A stretch of DNA of 64,000 nucleotides from Acidobacteriota bacterium (GCA_040005235.1 JBDTZG010000002.1:1-64000); one strand, 5' to 3'. Positions 39,673-49,893 are shown, counted from the first letter of the stretch. Program-made: numbers and translations. Notes: a model not told the origin generated them from the letters alone.

Positions 39673-41028
39673 ATGACCGAAACCGCGGTCGCCACCCCTT
39701 CCTCCTCGATCGTCCTCGTCACCGAAATTCCCGGGCCCCGCTCGCGCTCGCTTTGGGCGCGGCGCGAAAAAGCGACGCCGCGCGGCCTTGCGCATACGGC
39801 GCCAATCTTCATCGACCGGGCGGAAGGGGCACTCCTTCACGACGTGGACGGCAACGTCCTGATCGATTTCGCCGGCGGGATCGGCACCCTCAACTTCGGT
39901 CATACGAACCCGGCGGTGGTGGATGCTGTGCGCGAGCAGGTGGGACGGCTCACCCACGCCTGTTTCACGGTGGTCGGCTACGAGCCCTATCTGTTGCTCG
40001 CGGAGCGCCTGAACGCGCTGGTGCCCGGGGCGTTTGAAAAGAAGACGATGCTCGCGAACTCGGGCGCCGAGGCGGTGGAAAACGCGGTGAAGATCGCCCG
40101 CCATGCGACCGGCCGGCAAGGGGTCTTGGTGTTCGAGCACGGCTTCCACGGCCGCACTCTGCTGGGGCTTTCGATGACCAGCAAGGTGAAGCCCTACAAG
40201 CTCGGCTTTGGCCCTTACGCCCCCGAGATCTACCGCATGCCGTTTCCCTACGAATACCGGCGTGAGGCGCCGTGCACGGCCGCCGCCTACGAGCGGGAGA
40301 TCCGGGAATTCTTCGCCTCGTACGTGGCGCCCGAGCAGGTCGCCTGCGTGGTGATGGAGCTGGTGACGGGCGAAGGGGGCTTCATCCCGGCGCCGCCCGC
40401 TTTCGTCGAGGCGCTCTACCGGGTGTGCCGCGGCAACGGCATCCTGTTCGTCGACGACGAGATCCAGACCGGATTCGGCCGAACGGGCAAGATGTTCGCC
40501 TGCGAGCACTACTCCGAGCTGTTCGATTTCGCCCCCGATCTGGTGATCACGGCGAAGTCGCTGGGCGGCGGCCTGCCGATCTCCGCCGTCACCGGCCGCG
40601 CCGAGATCATGGACAGCCCCCAGACGGGTGGCCTCGGCGGCACCTATCTCGGCAACCCGGTGGCCTGCGCCGCGGCGCTCGCGGTCCTCGATCAGGTCGA
40701 AAGCGAAGGGATGGTCGAGCGCGCCCGAGCTTTAGGCGCCAAAGTCGAAACCCGCTTCGCCGAGCTCGCCTCGCGCTACTCACGAATCGGCGACGCCCGG
40801 GGCCTGGGCGCCATGCGCGCGCTCGAATTCGTCACGGATCGGGTGACCAAGGAACCCGACAAAGAGTTCACCCAACGAGTGATCCAAAACGCCTACAAGA
40901 GCGGGTTGCTGCTGCTCTCTGCCGGCACCGCGGGCAACATCATCCGGACGCTGATGCCGTTCGTGATCACTGACGATCAGCTCGACGAAGGGTTGGCACT
41001 GCTCGAACGGGTAATCGCCAGCGCGTAA
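39673..41028 (+). CDS. gabT: 4-aminobutyrate aminotransferase
   Basis: DFAGGIG, NSGAEAVENAVKIAR, FHGRT, DEIQTGFGRTG, AKSLGGG. Confidence 0.92.
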   Translation: MTETAVATPSSSIVLVTEIPGPRSRSLWARREKATPRGLAHTAPIFIDRAEGALLHDVDGNVLIDFAGGIGTLNFGHTNPAVVDAVREQVGRLTHACFTVVGYEPYLLLAERLNALVPGAFEKKTMLANSGAEAVENAVKIARHATGRQGVLVFEHGFHGRTLLGLSMTSKVKPYKLGFGPYAPEIYRMPFPYEYRREAPCTAAAYEREIREFFASYVAPEQVACVVMELVTGEGGFIPAPPAFVEALYRVCRGNGILFVDDEIQTGFGRTGKMFACEHYSELFDFAPDLVITAKSLGGGLPISAVTGRAEIMDSPQTGGLGGTYLGNPVACAAALAVLDQVESEGMVERARALGAKVETRFAELASRYSRIGDARGLGAMRALEFVTDRVTKEPDKEFTQRVIQNAYKSGLLLLSAGTAGNIIRTLMPFVITDDQLDEGLALLERVIASA

Positions 41029-41039
41029 GGAGGAACATC

Positions 41040-42404
41040 ATGTCGATCGCATCGATCAATCCGGCCACCGGCGAAACCGTCGCCACCTTCGAAGAGCATT
41101 CGGCCGCCGAGGTCGAGAGCCGGGTCGCCGCGGCCGCTGCGGCGTTTCGTTCTTGGCGGCGCAGCCCCTTTGCTGACCGACGCGCAGTTTTAGTGCGAGC
41201 CGCGGAGATCCTAGAATCCGAAAAGCAGCGCTTCGGCGAGATCCTCACGCTCGAAATGGGCAAGCCGATCGGCGCCGCGGTCGCCGAGGTCGAGAAATGC
41301 GCCTCCTGCTGTCGCTTCTATGCCGAGCACGCGCCCGCCTTCCTGGCCGACGAACCCGCGGAAACCGATGCGAAACGGAGCTTCGTCCGCTACGACGCGA
41401 TCGGCGTCGTGCTCGCCGTGATGCCCTGGAACTTTCCGTTCTGGCAGGTCTTCCGCTTCGGCGCGCCGGCCGTCATGGCGGGCAACGCCGGGCTACTCAA
41501 GCACGCTTCGAACGTGCCCCAGGCGGCGCTCGCGATCGAGGAGATCTTCACCCGCGCCGGAGCGCCCGCCGGGGTTTTCCAAACCCTCCTGGTCGGATCG
41601 GGCGCGGTGCAGGCGCTGATCGACGATCCGCGCATCGCGGCGGTGACCTTGACCGGCAGTGAAGGCGCGGGAGTTGCCGTCGGCCGTGCAGCGGGTGCGC
41701 AGATCAAGAAAGCCGTGTTGGAGCTGGGCGGCAGCGACCCGTTCCTCGTGATGCCGAGCGCCGATCTGCCCACCGCGATCAGCACGGCAGTCAAAGCCCG
41801 GACGATCAACAACGGCCAATCGTGCATCGCGGCGAAACGCTTCATCGTCCACCGCGATGTAGCCGCGGTCTTCGAAGCTGAATTCGTCGAGCAGATGGCG
41901 GCGTTAGAAGTGGGCGATCCCATGGACCCCAAGACCGCGATCGGCCCGCTCGCGACCGAAAAGATCCTCGAAGAGCTGGACGATCAAGTGCAGCGATCGA
42001 TCGCGGCCGGAACCCGGTGCCTGACCGGCGGAAAACGCCTGGATCGCAAGGGCAACTTCTACCCGCCCACCGTTCTCGCCGATCCGCCTGAAGGCTGCCC
42101 CGCCTACGCCGAAGAAACCTTCGGCCCGGTGGCCGTGCTGTTCACCGTAGAGAACCTGGACCAGGCCATCGCGCTCGCCAACGCCACCCCGTTCGGCCTG
42201 GGTGCCTCCGCCTGGAGCACCAATCCCGCCGAACAGGAGCGCCTGATCGCCGAAATCGAAGCCGGCTCGGTTTTCATCAACGGCATGGTCAAGAGCGACC
42301 CGCGGTTGCCTTTCGGAGGGATCAAGAGGAGCGGTTTCGGCCGCGAGCTCTCGGCTCATGGGATTCGGGAGTTTGTGAACGTGAAGACGGTTTGGGTGGG
42401 GTAG
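41040..42404 (+). CDS. NAD(P)-dependent succinate-semialdehyde dehydrogenase
   Basis: MPWNFP, LELGGSDP, GQSCIA, EETFGP; directly follows gabT. Confidence 0.9.
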   Translation: MSIASINPATGETVATFEEHSAAEVESRVAAAAAAFRSWRRSPFADRRAVLVRAAEILESEKQRFGEILTLEMGKPIGAAVAEVEKCASCCRFYAEHAPAFLADEPAETDAKRSFVRYDAIGVVLAVMPWNFPFWQVFRFGAPAVMAGNAGLLKHASNVPQAALAIEEIFTRAGAPAGVFQTLLVGSGAVQALIDDPRIAAVTLTGSEGAGVAVGRAAGAQIKKAVLELGGSDPFLVMPSADLPTAISTAVKARTINNGQSCIAAKRFIVHRDVAAVFEAEFVEQMAALEVGDPMDPKTAIGPLATEKILEELDDQVQRSIAAGTRCLTGGKRLDRKGNFYPPTVLADPPEGCPAYAEETFGPVAVLFTVENLDQAIALANATPFGLGASAWSTNPAEQERLIAEIEAGSVFINGMVKSDPRLPFGGIKRSGFGRELSAHGIREFVNVKTVWVG

Positions 42405-42477
42405 GGGGGCTGACAAGTACTTCCGTGGGAGGTATCGATGTCTCGCCTGGAACAATCGGGCTCTCGATACATTTCCC

Positions 42478-43491
42478 TTAAGCGGCGAGATCAAAGCCAG
42501 TAGCTGCCCAGCTGGCGAACCCTTTTTGAATCGCGCGGAAAAGTACGTCAGGGTAAGATTTTGCCAATCTCGCAGTCGTCTCCATCGCGGAGGGAGAAAC
42601 CACAGTTAGGGCTTTGTCGCTTCGTTCAGCAATGGCGGAGAGCAGGAAGCGAAAGGACTCCTCGTCAACCGGGTTGAACCTGAATCCGATGGCGACAATG
42701 GAATCAGAGTTCCGTACCAGCTCCAGTGCTCGGGACCTCATGATCTCAATAAAATCTCTTTTCAACCCAACTGTTTTCTCTGGAACTGGAGCGATTACTC
42801 TCTCCTCTATCTCCGCGATTGGTCCTGATTCGTATTTGTGCTGACCGCTCCACGGGAGAAACAACTCACCCAGAGAACCTGGCTCAAGAATGTACTGAGG
42901 CATCTCAAGTCTCATTCTGCGAACGCCAGCTTGATCGGGCTTCGAGATCGATACACGTGATTCGTAGACACAAAGCGAGCCGTGAAGATGAACCACCAAA
43001 TTCTGTGATTTTGCCGGGACCTTGTTTTCGTGCGATTGGATTAACCCGGCAGCGACCGGCACCCCATAACCGTCTCGCGGAATCCATCGCTTCATACGCA
43101 AGAGGGAAAGTTCTATGAAGGAGTCGTAGTTAAAGGTTATGAAATCGGCGTCTTTAAAGGTCTTCAGGAATCGCCCGTAGGAACTCACTTGCTCACCTTC
43201 GGGAATTAGGCGAGGAACAAGATTCCAGTCGGTCCACATTAAATCCTCGTAGAGTCGCCTGAGGGGCTCATAGTTCTGGGACAGCAAGGATTCTTGAAAC
43301 CACTCCTCGACCGAGGAGCAAACCTCTTCGGTTCGGTTTGGATAACACAGCCGAATCAGGTCGGATACCAACGGATATCTGCAGGAATAGTCGTATGGCC
43401 CTCCCATGGAGTGCTCAACATGAATCGGCCCGATTTCTGATCCGGCATCAACACCAAATCCAGCGCCAATGATAAAAGCGATCCGTCCCAT
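42478..43491 (-). CDS. SIR2-like domain protein
   Basis: FIIGAGFG, FITFNYDSFIE, HLHGSL, IGFRF; AT-richer than flanks. Confidence 0.72.
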   Translation of the reverse strand: MGRIAFIIGAGFGVDAGSEIGPIHVEHSMGGPYDYSCRYPLVSDLIRLCYPNRTEEVCSSVEEWFQESLLSQNYEPLRRLYEDLMWTDWNLVPRLIPEGEQVSSYGRFLKTFKDADFITFNYDSFIELSLLRMKRWIPRDGYGVPVAAGLIQSHENKVPAKSQNLVVHLHGSLCVYESRVSISKPDQAGVRRMRLEMPQYILEPGSLGELFLPWSGQHKYESGPIAEIEERVIAPVPEKTVGLKRDFIEIMRSRALELVRNSDSIVAIGFRFNPVDEESFRFLLSAIAERSDKALTVVSPSAMETTARLAKSYPDVLFRAIQKGFASWAATGFDLAA

Positions 43492-43559
43492 TGCTGCCTC
43501 AGCCGCGAGACCTACCCGCGCAAAATCAGACAGAGTCCCGCCGCTCTCTGGCGCATTTT

Positions 43560-43982
43560 TCAGTAAATTTCCGCCACCCAGATGAGGGGGACTGGGGAGG
43601 AACCGCCGCTGAGCGCGTTGTAGAGCTTGCCGTCGGCGGTAACAAGGGCGCAGTCCCGATCGACCGCAAGTGCCAGGTAGAGGCTGTCGTAAAAGCTCCT
43701 AGAAAACGAGGATGCGATTTCCCAGGCGATGCTTGTAATCCCGACAGATGAGTGAAGCTGCACCGGGAAGTGCCGGAAATCCTGGAGCAAGGCACCGCCC
43801 TCCTCGGCAGTGATCTCGCCTCGGCGCCATTTCTTCCAGAGGATGTTCCCGACTTCAGGCCAGAGAAGATCTGGAGCCCAAAGCTCGTAATCCTCGGCGA
43901 GTAGGAGAGCAGCCGTGTCGGAGTAGGGCTCCGGCAAAATCCACTTGGCCGCTACACTCGCGTCGACGACCACTCGCCTCAC
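43560..43982 (-). CDS. vapC: VapC/PIN toxin
   Basis: VVDASVAAKW, EVGN, YDSLYLALA, LVTAD. Confidence 0.9.
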   Translation of the reverse strand: MRRVVVDASVAAKWILPEPYSDTAALLLAEDYELWAPDLLWPEVGNILWKKWRRGEITAEEGGALLQDFRHFPVQLHSSVGITSIAWEIASSFSRSFYDSLYLALAVDRDCALVTADGKLYNALSGGSSPVPLIWVAEIY

Positions 43983-44209
43983 CGCTCGCGATCCTCGCGA
44001 ACCAGGTCGGCACTATCGCTTCGCATCCGGCCGGCCAGCCGTTGCCTCCAACGGTCGGCGATCTCCCGAGCTTCGGCGGGTGACAGCCGGGCCGAGGTTT
44101 CGAGGATTGCTTTGACTTCTCCTTGGAGCGACCTGCCGTGCTGCTGTGCTTGCCCTTTCAAACGATCGACGAGAGCGGTATCGAGATCCCGAACGAGAAT
44201 TTGGGCCAT
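43979..44209 (-). CDS. FitA-like RHH antitoxin
   Basis: MAQILVRDLD...HGRSLQGEVKAIL...DSADLVREDRER; overlaps the PIN gene. Confidence 0.88.
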   Translation of the reverse strand: MAQILVRDLDTALVDRLKGQAQQHGRSLQGEVKAILETSARLSPAEAREIADRWRQRLAGRMRSDSADLVREDRER

Positions 44210-44228
44210 GACGAACCTCCACCAAGAA

Positions 44229-44247
44229 TGCTATCAAAGTGAAAGCG
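44229..44247. promoter_or_regulatory. Putative FitA/VapB operator
   Basis: Imperfect inverted repeat TGCTATCA-AAG-TGAAAGCG just upstream of the antitoxin; half-site resembles the FitAB site. Confidence 0.5.
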
Positions 44248-44322
44248 CCTTGGGAATCTGGTTCCTCCGGAAGTAGGCCCTAATAGTTGCCAAGCCCAAA
44301 ACGGCCATTTAGACTGAATCCC

Positions 44323-44544
44323 ATGGTCACGCGCGATCTGAAACGGCTGGTATTGAGGCTTCCGGCCGAGGATCGCCAGGAACTGGCCGAGGCCCTCTGG
44401 GACAGCCTCGAAACCGAGCCAGCCACTCTGCCTGCCTGGCAGCGGCAGATTCTCCAGACCCGGCTGGCGGAGCTTGAAGCGAATCCGGAAGCGGGCTCCT
44501 CCTGGGAGGAGGTCGAAGCGAGGATCTGGCCGGAAGGCGCATGA
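44323..44544 (+). CDS. Addiction-module antitoxin component (TIGR02574-like)
   Basis: LPAEDRQELAEALWDSL...WQRQILQTRL...SSWEEV. Confidence 0.8.
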   Translation: MVTRDLKRLVLRLPAEDRQELAEALWDSLETEPATLPAWQRQILQTRLAELEANPEAGSSWEEVEARIWPEGA

Positions 44545-44674
44545 GTGCCCGGCCGGTTTGGCTGGCCGTCACGGCCGAGGTCTGGCAAAGTCTCTGAGAG
44601 GGCGGCCCGGGGGAGAAGCTCAAGCCCCGTTATAAGATCACCCGTCCAACGCTCGCCCCTCAGGAGCCTCCGCT

Positions 44675-45862
44675 TTGAGCCCTAACGACATCGTCCTTTG
44701 CGCCCCCGTCCGCACGCCGATCGGCAAATTCAGCGGCGTGCTTTCTTCACTTTCCGCGGCCGATCTCGGTACCGCGGCGGCTAGTGCCTGTCTCTCCCGT
44801 GCGGGAATTTCGGGGTTTGCCATCGACCAGGCGATCTTCGGCCATGGTCGGCAGGCGGGAAACGGTCCGAACACCGCCCGGCAGATTTCCTATCGAGCGG
44901 GGGTACCGGTTGAATCTCCGGCGTTCACCGTCAACCAGGCGTGCGGGTCGGGATTGCAGGCGGTGCTTTCGGCCGCGCGGACGATTTTGCTCGGCGAGGC
45001 CGAGGTGATCCTTGCGGGCGGCACGGAGAGCATGTCGAACACGCCTTATTTTCTGACTCGCGCCCGGACCGGGTACCGGCTGGGGCACGGGGAGATCGTC
45101 GATGGGATGTACCGGGACGGGTTCGACGACCCTCTGTCGAAGCTGGTAATGGGCGAGACGGCCGAGGAGCTGGCGGCGGAGAAGGGGATCGGACGCGACG
45201 CGTCGGACGCCTGGGCCTTGGAGAGTCAGATTCGTTGCGAACGGGCGCGAAAGGCGGGCCGGTTCGTCTCCGAGATCGCTCCGATCACGGTGCCGGGAAA
45301 GAAAGGCGACCTCCTCGTCGAGGCCGATGAGCACCCGCGCGATGGGATGACGATCGAATCGCTGGCGAAGTTGCCGACCGTTTTCCGCAAAGGGGGCGCG
45401 GTGACGGCAGGCAACGCCTCCGGAATCACGGACGGGGCCGCCGCTCTGCTGGTCGCTTCGCGCGCGGCGGCGGAGCGGTGGGGGTTGAAGATCGAAGCTC
45501 GGCTCGCGGGCTGGTCGGTCGTCGGGGTCGAGCCGCGGATCATGGGGATCGGCCCGGTGCCGGCGGTTGAGAAGCTGCTCGCGCAGACCGGGCGGACGCT
45601 TGCCGAGATTGAGGCGATCGAGCTGAACGAGGCGTTCGCTTGCCAGGTGCTCGCCTGCATCGAAGGTCTGGGGCTCGATCCGGCGCGGGTCAACCCGGAC
45701 GGCGGCGCGATCGCGCTGGGCCATCCGATCGGAGCGACCGGTGCGCGCATCCTGGTCACGTTGCTGCACGGGATGGCCGCGCGCGGCGAAAAGCTTGGCA
45801 TGGCGACGCTCTGCATCTCCGGCGGAATGGGGATCGCGGCGCTGGTCGAAAGAGAGTCATAA
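44675..45862 (+). CDS. Acetyl-CoA C-acyltransferase (thiolase)
   Basis: RTPIG, NQACGSG, AGNASG, NEAFA, GHPIGATG, LCISGG. Confidence 0.93.
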   Translation: MSPNDIVLCAPVRTPIGKFSGVLSSLSAADLGTAAASACLSRAGISGFAIDQAIFGHGRQAGNGPNTARQISYRAGVPVESPAFTVNQACGSGLQAVLSAARTILLGEAEVILAGGTESMSNTPYFLTRARTGYRLGHGEIVDGMYRDGFDDPLSKLVMGETAEELAAEKGIGRDASDAWALESQIRCERARKAGRFVSEIAPITVPGKKGDLLVEADEHPRDGMTIESLAKLPTVFRKGGAVTAGNASGITDGAAALLVASRAAAERWGLKIEARLAGWSVVGVEPRIMGIGPVPAVEKLLAQTGRTLAEIEAIELNEAFACQVLACIEGLGLDPARVNPDGGAIALGHPIGATGARILVTLLHGMAARGEKLGMATLCISGGMGIAALVERES

Positions 45863-45889
45863 GATCGAATGATGGCCAGAGATTTGTTC

Positions 45890-45939
45890 GTAGGGGCGGA
45901 GCTTGCCTCCGCCCGGGGGCAGGCAAGCTGCCCCCCTAC
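45890..45939. repeat. GTAG-type REP doublet
   Basis: GTAGGGGCGGAGCTTGCCT...AGGCAAGCTGCCCCCCTAC. Confidence 0.6.
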
Positions 45940-45969
45940 ATCACAGAAGCTCGAGAGGTTCGTCCGCCC

Positions 45970-46701
45970 ATGATCCTCCTCACCACCTCCGTCGAGGAGA
46001 ACGCCGAGCCGTACATCGACGCCTTGCGGGCGGTCGGATTCCGGGACGACGAGATCACCGTCCTCGGCCCGGAGCGGCGGGCGGAGGCGGGGGAGTTCGC
46101 CGCGCGCGCTGCCGGCGTTCTGCTCTCGGGAGGTTGCGACATCGAACCTTCCCGCTATGGCGAGGCGGTCCTTCCCGAGGGGAAGGTCGAGTCCCTCAAG
46201 AAGCGCGACGAGCTGGAGTGGAACGTGCTCGACGCCGCGCGGGAGCTGCGCCTGCCGGTCTGGGGGATCTGCCGCGGCTTGCAGGTGATCAACGTCTACT
46301 TCGGCGGCTCGCTCTGGCAGGACCTTCCCAGCCAGGTCGCTTCGACGGTGTCGCACGTTCCACCCGATGCCGAAACGCCGCTCGCGACCCTGGCGCACGA
46401 GATTCACGTGTCGGCGCACGATTCGCCTCTCGGTGAGCGACTTGCAGCTCGGGGCGAGCCCGTCGGCGTCAACAGCCGCCACCATCAGGCGATCAAAGCG
46501 CTCGGGGCCGGATTGCGGACCGTCGCTCTGTCGCCGGACAACCTGATCGAGGCGCTTGATCTCGACCCGGACGGTGCCGACGATTGGTGGCTGCGCGCCG
46601 TCCAATGGCATCCGGAAAATCTGCTCGAGCTTCCCCGCCAGCGCGCGCTCTGGGAAGATTTTGCCGCGGCGGCGCGTAGCCGCGCGAAGGAGACGCGATG
46701 A
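45970..46701 (+). CDS. Peptidase C26 / gamma-glutamyl-GABA hydrolase (PuuD-like)
   Basis: LSGGCDI, GICRGLQ, VNSRHHQA, VQWHPE. Confidence 0.9.
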   Translation: MILLTTSVEENAEPYIDALRAVGFRDDEITVLGPERRAEAGEFAARAAGVLLSGGCDIEPSRYGEAVLPEGKVESLKKRDELEWNVLDAARELRLPVWGICRGLQVINVYFGGSLWQDLPSQVASTVSHVPPDAETPLATLAHEIHVSAHDSPLGERLAARGEPVGVNSRHHQAIKALGAGLRTVALSPDNLIEALDLDPDGADDWWLRAVQWHPENLLELPRQRALWEDFAAAARSRAKETR

Positions 46702-47471
46702 ACGAACCCGTGAAGCTCGAACGCAGCGCCGACCGCCGGGTTGCCACGCTCACGCTCGACCGGCCGCCGCTCAACATTCTCGACCTCGAAATGATCGCGG
46801 CGCTCGAAGGGCACCTTGCGGATCTCGAACGAGACACATCTCTGCAAATCGTGGTCGTGCGCGGTGCGGGGGAGCGGGCGTTTTCGGCCGGGGTTTCGGT
46901 CCAGGACCACACGCCGGACAAAGTCGAATCGATGCTCCAGGGGTTGCATGGCGCGATCCGCAAACTGGCGGATTCGGACGCGGCGACGATCGCCGTCGTT
47001 TCCGGCCACTGCCTGGGCGGCGGGATGGAGGTGGCGCTCGCTTGCGATCTCGTCCTCGCGGCGGACAACGCCAAATTCGGCCAGCCGGAGATCAAGCTCG
47101 GCTGTTATCCGCCGGTCGCCGCGGCGCTCTACCCGCGACGGATCGGCCCGGGCCGGACGCTCGAAATGCTGCTCTCCGGCCGCAACGTCTCGTGCGAGGA
47201 AGCGGAACGGCTCGGCCTCGTCCATTGGCGCCTGGCTGCCGATCAGCTCGATACCAAACTCGCCTCGATCCTGGAAGACTTTCTCCAGTGGAGCACGCCG
47301 GTCGCGCGCCTGACCAAGCGCGCCGTGCGTGCGGGACGCGATCTGCCGTTCCACGAGGCGCTCGACGCGACCGAGCATCTTTACCTGGACGACCTTTGCG
47401 AGACCGAGGACATGGCCGAAGGAATCCAGGCGTTCCTCGACAAGCGCCCGCCGGTCTGGAAGCATCGCTGA
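46698..47471 (+). CDS. Enoyl-CoA hydratase/isomerase
   Basis: FSAG, CLGGGME, FGQPEIKLG, EGIQAFLDKR. Confidence 0.9.
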   Translation: MNEPVKLERSADRRVATLTLDRPPLNILDLEMIAALEGHLADLERDTSLQIVVVRGAGERAFSAGVSVQDHTPDKVESMLQGLHGAIRKLADSDAATIAVVSGHCLGGGMEVALACDLVLAADNAKFGQPEIKLGCYPPVAAALYPRRIGPGRTLEMLLSGRNVSCEEAERLGLVHWRLAADQLDTKLASILEDFLQWSTPVARLTKRAVRAGRDLPFHEALDATEHLYLDDLCETEDMAEGIQAFLDKRPPVWKHR

Positions 47472-47505
47472 AGACTTTTTTCGCACACCCGAACAGGAGA
47501 CCCCC

Positions 47506-48282
47506 ATGCCCGAAACCGTACTTTTGGAGCGCGACGGCCGTGTCGCGATCGTGACCATCAACCGTCCCGACAAACTCAACGCCCTGTCGCAGCAGGTGCG
47601 CGACGACATGCTCGAAGTCCTGGCCGAGATCGAGAAGGACGACTCGCTCGGAGCGGTGGTCATCACCGGCGCGGGCGAAAAGGCGTTCATCGCGGGAGCC
47701 GACATCGGCGAATTCGCCGGCCGCTCTCCGCTCGATCAGCGCGACGCGATGCGCAGCCCGCGGATCTTCGACGCGATGGCGACCTTTCCGAAACCGGTCA
47801 TCGCCATGATCAACGGCTTCTGCCTGGGCGGCGGATGCGAGCTCGCCGCTTCGTGCGACATCCGGATCGCCTCGGACAAGGCGCGTTTCGGCCAGCCGGA
47901 GATCAAGCTCGGCCTGATCCCCGGGGGAGGCGGAACCCAGCGCCTGCCGCGCCTGATCGGCAGCGGCCAGACCATGCGCCTGATTTTTTCGGGCGAGATG
48001 ATCGACGCGGCGGAGGCGCAACGAATCGGCCTGGTCGAAATGACCTTCCCGGCCGAGGATCTGCGGGCGAAGACGCTGGAGCTGGCGGCAAAGATCGCTT
48101 CGTACTCGCCACTCACGCTGCGGATCGCGAAGGAATCGATCCGCAATAGCGAGAAGCTCCCGATCGAAGAGGGCCTCTCCTACGAGCGCGACCTGTTCTG
48201 CCTCTGCTTCTCGACCGAAGACAAGAAGGAGGGCGTCGCCGCCTTCCTCGAAAAGCGGCCGGCGGCCTGGGTGGGGCGGTAG
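47506..48282 (+). CDS. Enoyl-CoA hydratase (crotonase)
   Basis: NRPDKLNA, FIAGAD, GGGCE, PEIKLGLIPGGGGTQRL. Confidence 0.92.
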   Translation: MPETVLLERDGRVAIVTINRPDKLNALSQQVRDDMLEVLAEIEKDDSLGAVVITGAGEKAFIAGADIGEFAGRSPLDQRDAMRSPRIFDAMATFPKPVIAMINGFCLGGGCELAASCDIRIASDKARFGQPEIKLGLIPGGGGTQRLPRLIGSGQTMRLIFSGEMIDAAEAQRIGLVEMTFPAEDLRAKTLELAAKIASYSPLTLRIAKESIRNSEKLPIEEGLSYERDLFCLCFSTEDKKEGVAAFLEKRPAAWVGR

Positions 48283-48332
48283 AGGGGAGGAGGGCGGCCC
48301 GGTCGGGTCAGACCGACGGGCCGCTCTCGCGG

Positions 48333-48625
48333 TTATCACCACTCGGCCGCTCTCTCGATCTGGCGCTGCGCCCGCGGCTTGATGAGTTGCTGCAGCGCCA
48401 AGACTAGCCAAACTTCCTGAGGCGCTCGAACAGCTCTTCCCCCGAGATTCCTTCCTCGCGGTCGGCTTCTTCAAGGGCTTCGAGAAGCTCCTCCTCTTCG
48501 GCTGCGGAGAGGCGAACGGAGGCTTCGGAATCGCCCGAGAAGACCGTCACGACGGCACCCTAGGGAAGGGACGAACCTTCAAGGATGATCTTTCCCCCGA
48601 CGACGGTTCCGGTAGCTACTTGCAT
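48333..48625 (-). pseudogene. Decayed antitoxin + RelE/ParE-like toxin stub
   Basis: 48625-48404 reads MQVATGTVVGGKIILEGSSLP*GAVVTV...EELFERLRKFG with an internal TAG; then LALQQLIKPRAQRQIERAAEW*. Confidence 0.6.
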
Positions 48626-48882
48626 GGAGGAATGTTACTACTCGGCGTCCGGAGGAGAAAGTCCGCTCGCCGCCCCACCTCGCTTCTGTCCCCCTCGCCG
48701 CCCCACCTGTCTCACCACTTTGTGACGAATCCCCTCCTTGCGGTGTAAACCATTGTGCGTATACTTCCCTCACTCGCCAGGGCGAATGCTGGAAAACGCC
48801 ATGTACTACGGGGCTTTTTCGCTATCGGCTTCGCTTCTGGAGAGGATCGAAAAACCCGGTCTAGACGACGCGAGGCGAGGCT

Positions 48883-49893
48883 TTGACGGCGAAGGCGAAG
48901 ATCTTCCTGTTTTCCGCGACGGTGATCGCGGTGGCGATCTGCGGGGCTCTGTGGGCTTCCGCCGCGCTTGCGCTCCTGGAGCGCCCTTGGGCGGTCGTCG
49001 GACTGGCCGTGTGCGTCGGTCTACTCGGCGCTTTCGTCGTCGTCCTTCTGCTCCGCCAGGAGATCGGGCCGCTGCGCCGGCTCGCGAAGACCATCTCCGA
49101 GATGGCCGAGCGCGGCGAGCTGCAGAGCGATTTTCCTTCCGCGGCGGGCAACGGCGAGGTCCACGAGATCGAAGAGACGATCCGTCGCCTGCTGGGCACG
49201 CTCGAAGAGTCGCAGGACGAACGGGAGCGCTCCTACGTCGAAGCCCTCGGCGCGGTGGTCGCCGCGGCGGACGCCCGCGACCACGAAACGGCGGGGCATT
49301 CGTTCCGCGTTGCCCACTATGCGCTCGCGCTGGCCAAACGGCTGGGCCTGGAAGGCGAGGAGCTGAAGGCCATCGAGTGGGGCGGCCTGCTTCACGATGT
49401 CGGCAAGATGGCGGTTCCGGACGAGATCCTGAGGAAGGTCGGGCCGCTCTCCGACCGCGAGTGGTCGATCATGCGTCAGCATCCCGGCTGGGGCTTCGAG
49501 ATGCTGGCCGACATCCGGTTCCTCCAAAAGACGGCGCTTCAGATCGTCTACAGCCATCATGAGCGCTGGGACGGCGAAGGGTATCCGACCGGGTTGGCGG
49601 GCGAGGAGATCCCGCTCGCGGCGCGGATTTTCGCGGTCGTCGACACCTACGATGCGATGACCTCGGATCGTCCCTATCGCCGGGCCGGCACCCACCATGC
49701 CGCGGTGATGGAGCTCGAACGGGTGGCGGGCCGCCAGCTCGACCCGCAGGTGGTCGCCGCGTTCCGGCGCATCCCCGAGATGGAGCTACGCCGCCTGCGC
49801 GAGCACTGCGACAGCTTCCACACCGGTTTGACCCTGCCGCCCGAGCTGCTCACCACGAGCAAGTTCGGCCGCCTCATTGCGGTCGAGCGCTGA
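48883..49893 (+). CDS. Membrane HAMP + HD-GYP c-di-GMP phosphodiesterase
   Basis: Two TMs, LLHDVGK, HHERWDGEGYP, DAMTSDRPYR. Confidence 0.9.
   Translation: MTAKAKIFLFSATVIAVAICGALWASAALALLERPWAVVGLAVCVGLLGAFVVVLLLRQEIGPLRRLAKTISEMAERGELQSDFPSAAGNGEVHEIEETIRRLLGTLEESQDERERSYVEALGAVVAAADARDHETAGHSFRVAHYALALAKRLGLEGEELKAIEWGGLLHDVGKMAVPDEILRKVGPLSDREWSIMRQHPGWGFEMLADIRFLQKTALQIVYSHHERWDGEGYPTGLAGEEIPLAARIFAVVDTYDAMTSDRPYRRAGTHHAAVMELERVAGRQLDPQVVAAFRRIPEMELRRLREHCDSFHTGLTLPPELLTTSKFGRLIAVER

Noticed and set aside
46698-47471. Dienoyl-CoA hydratase of anaerobic benzoate degradation
   Set aside because: There is some resemblance, but no benzoyl-CoA reductase or other pathway genes lie in the window; kept as a generic crotonase.
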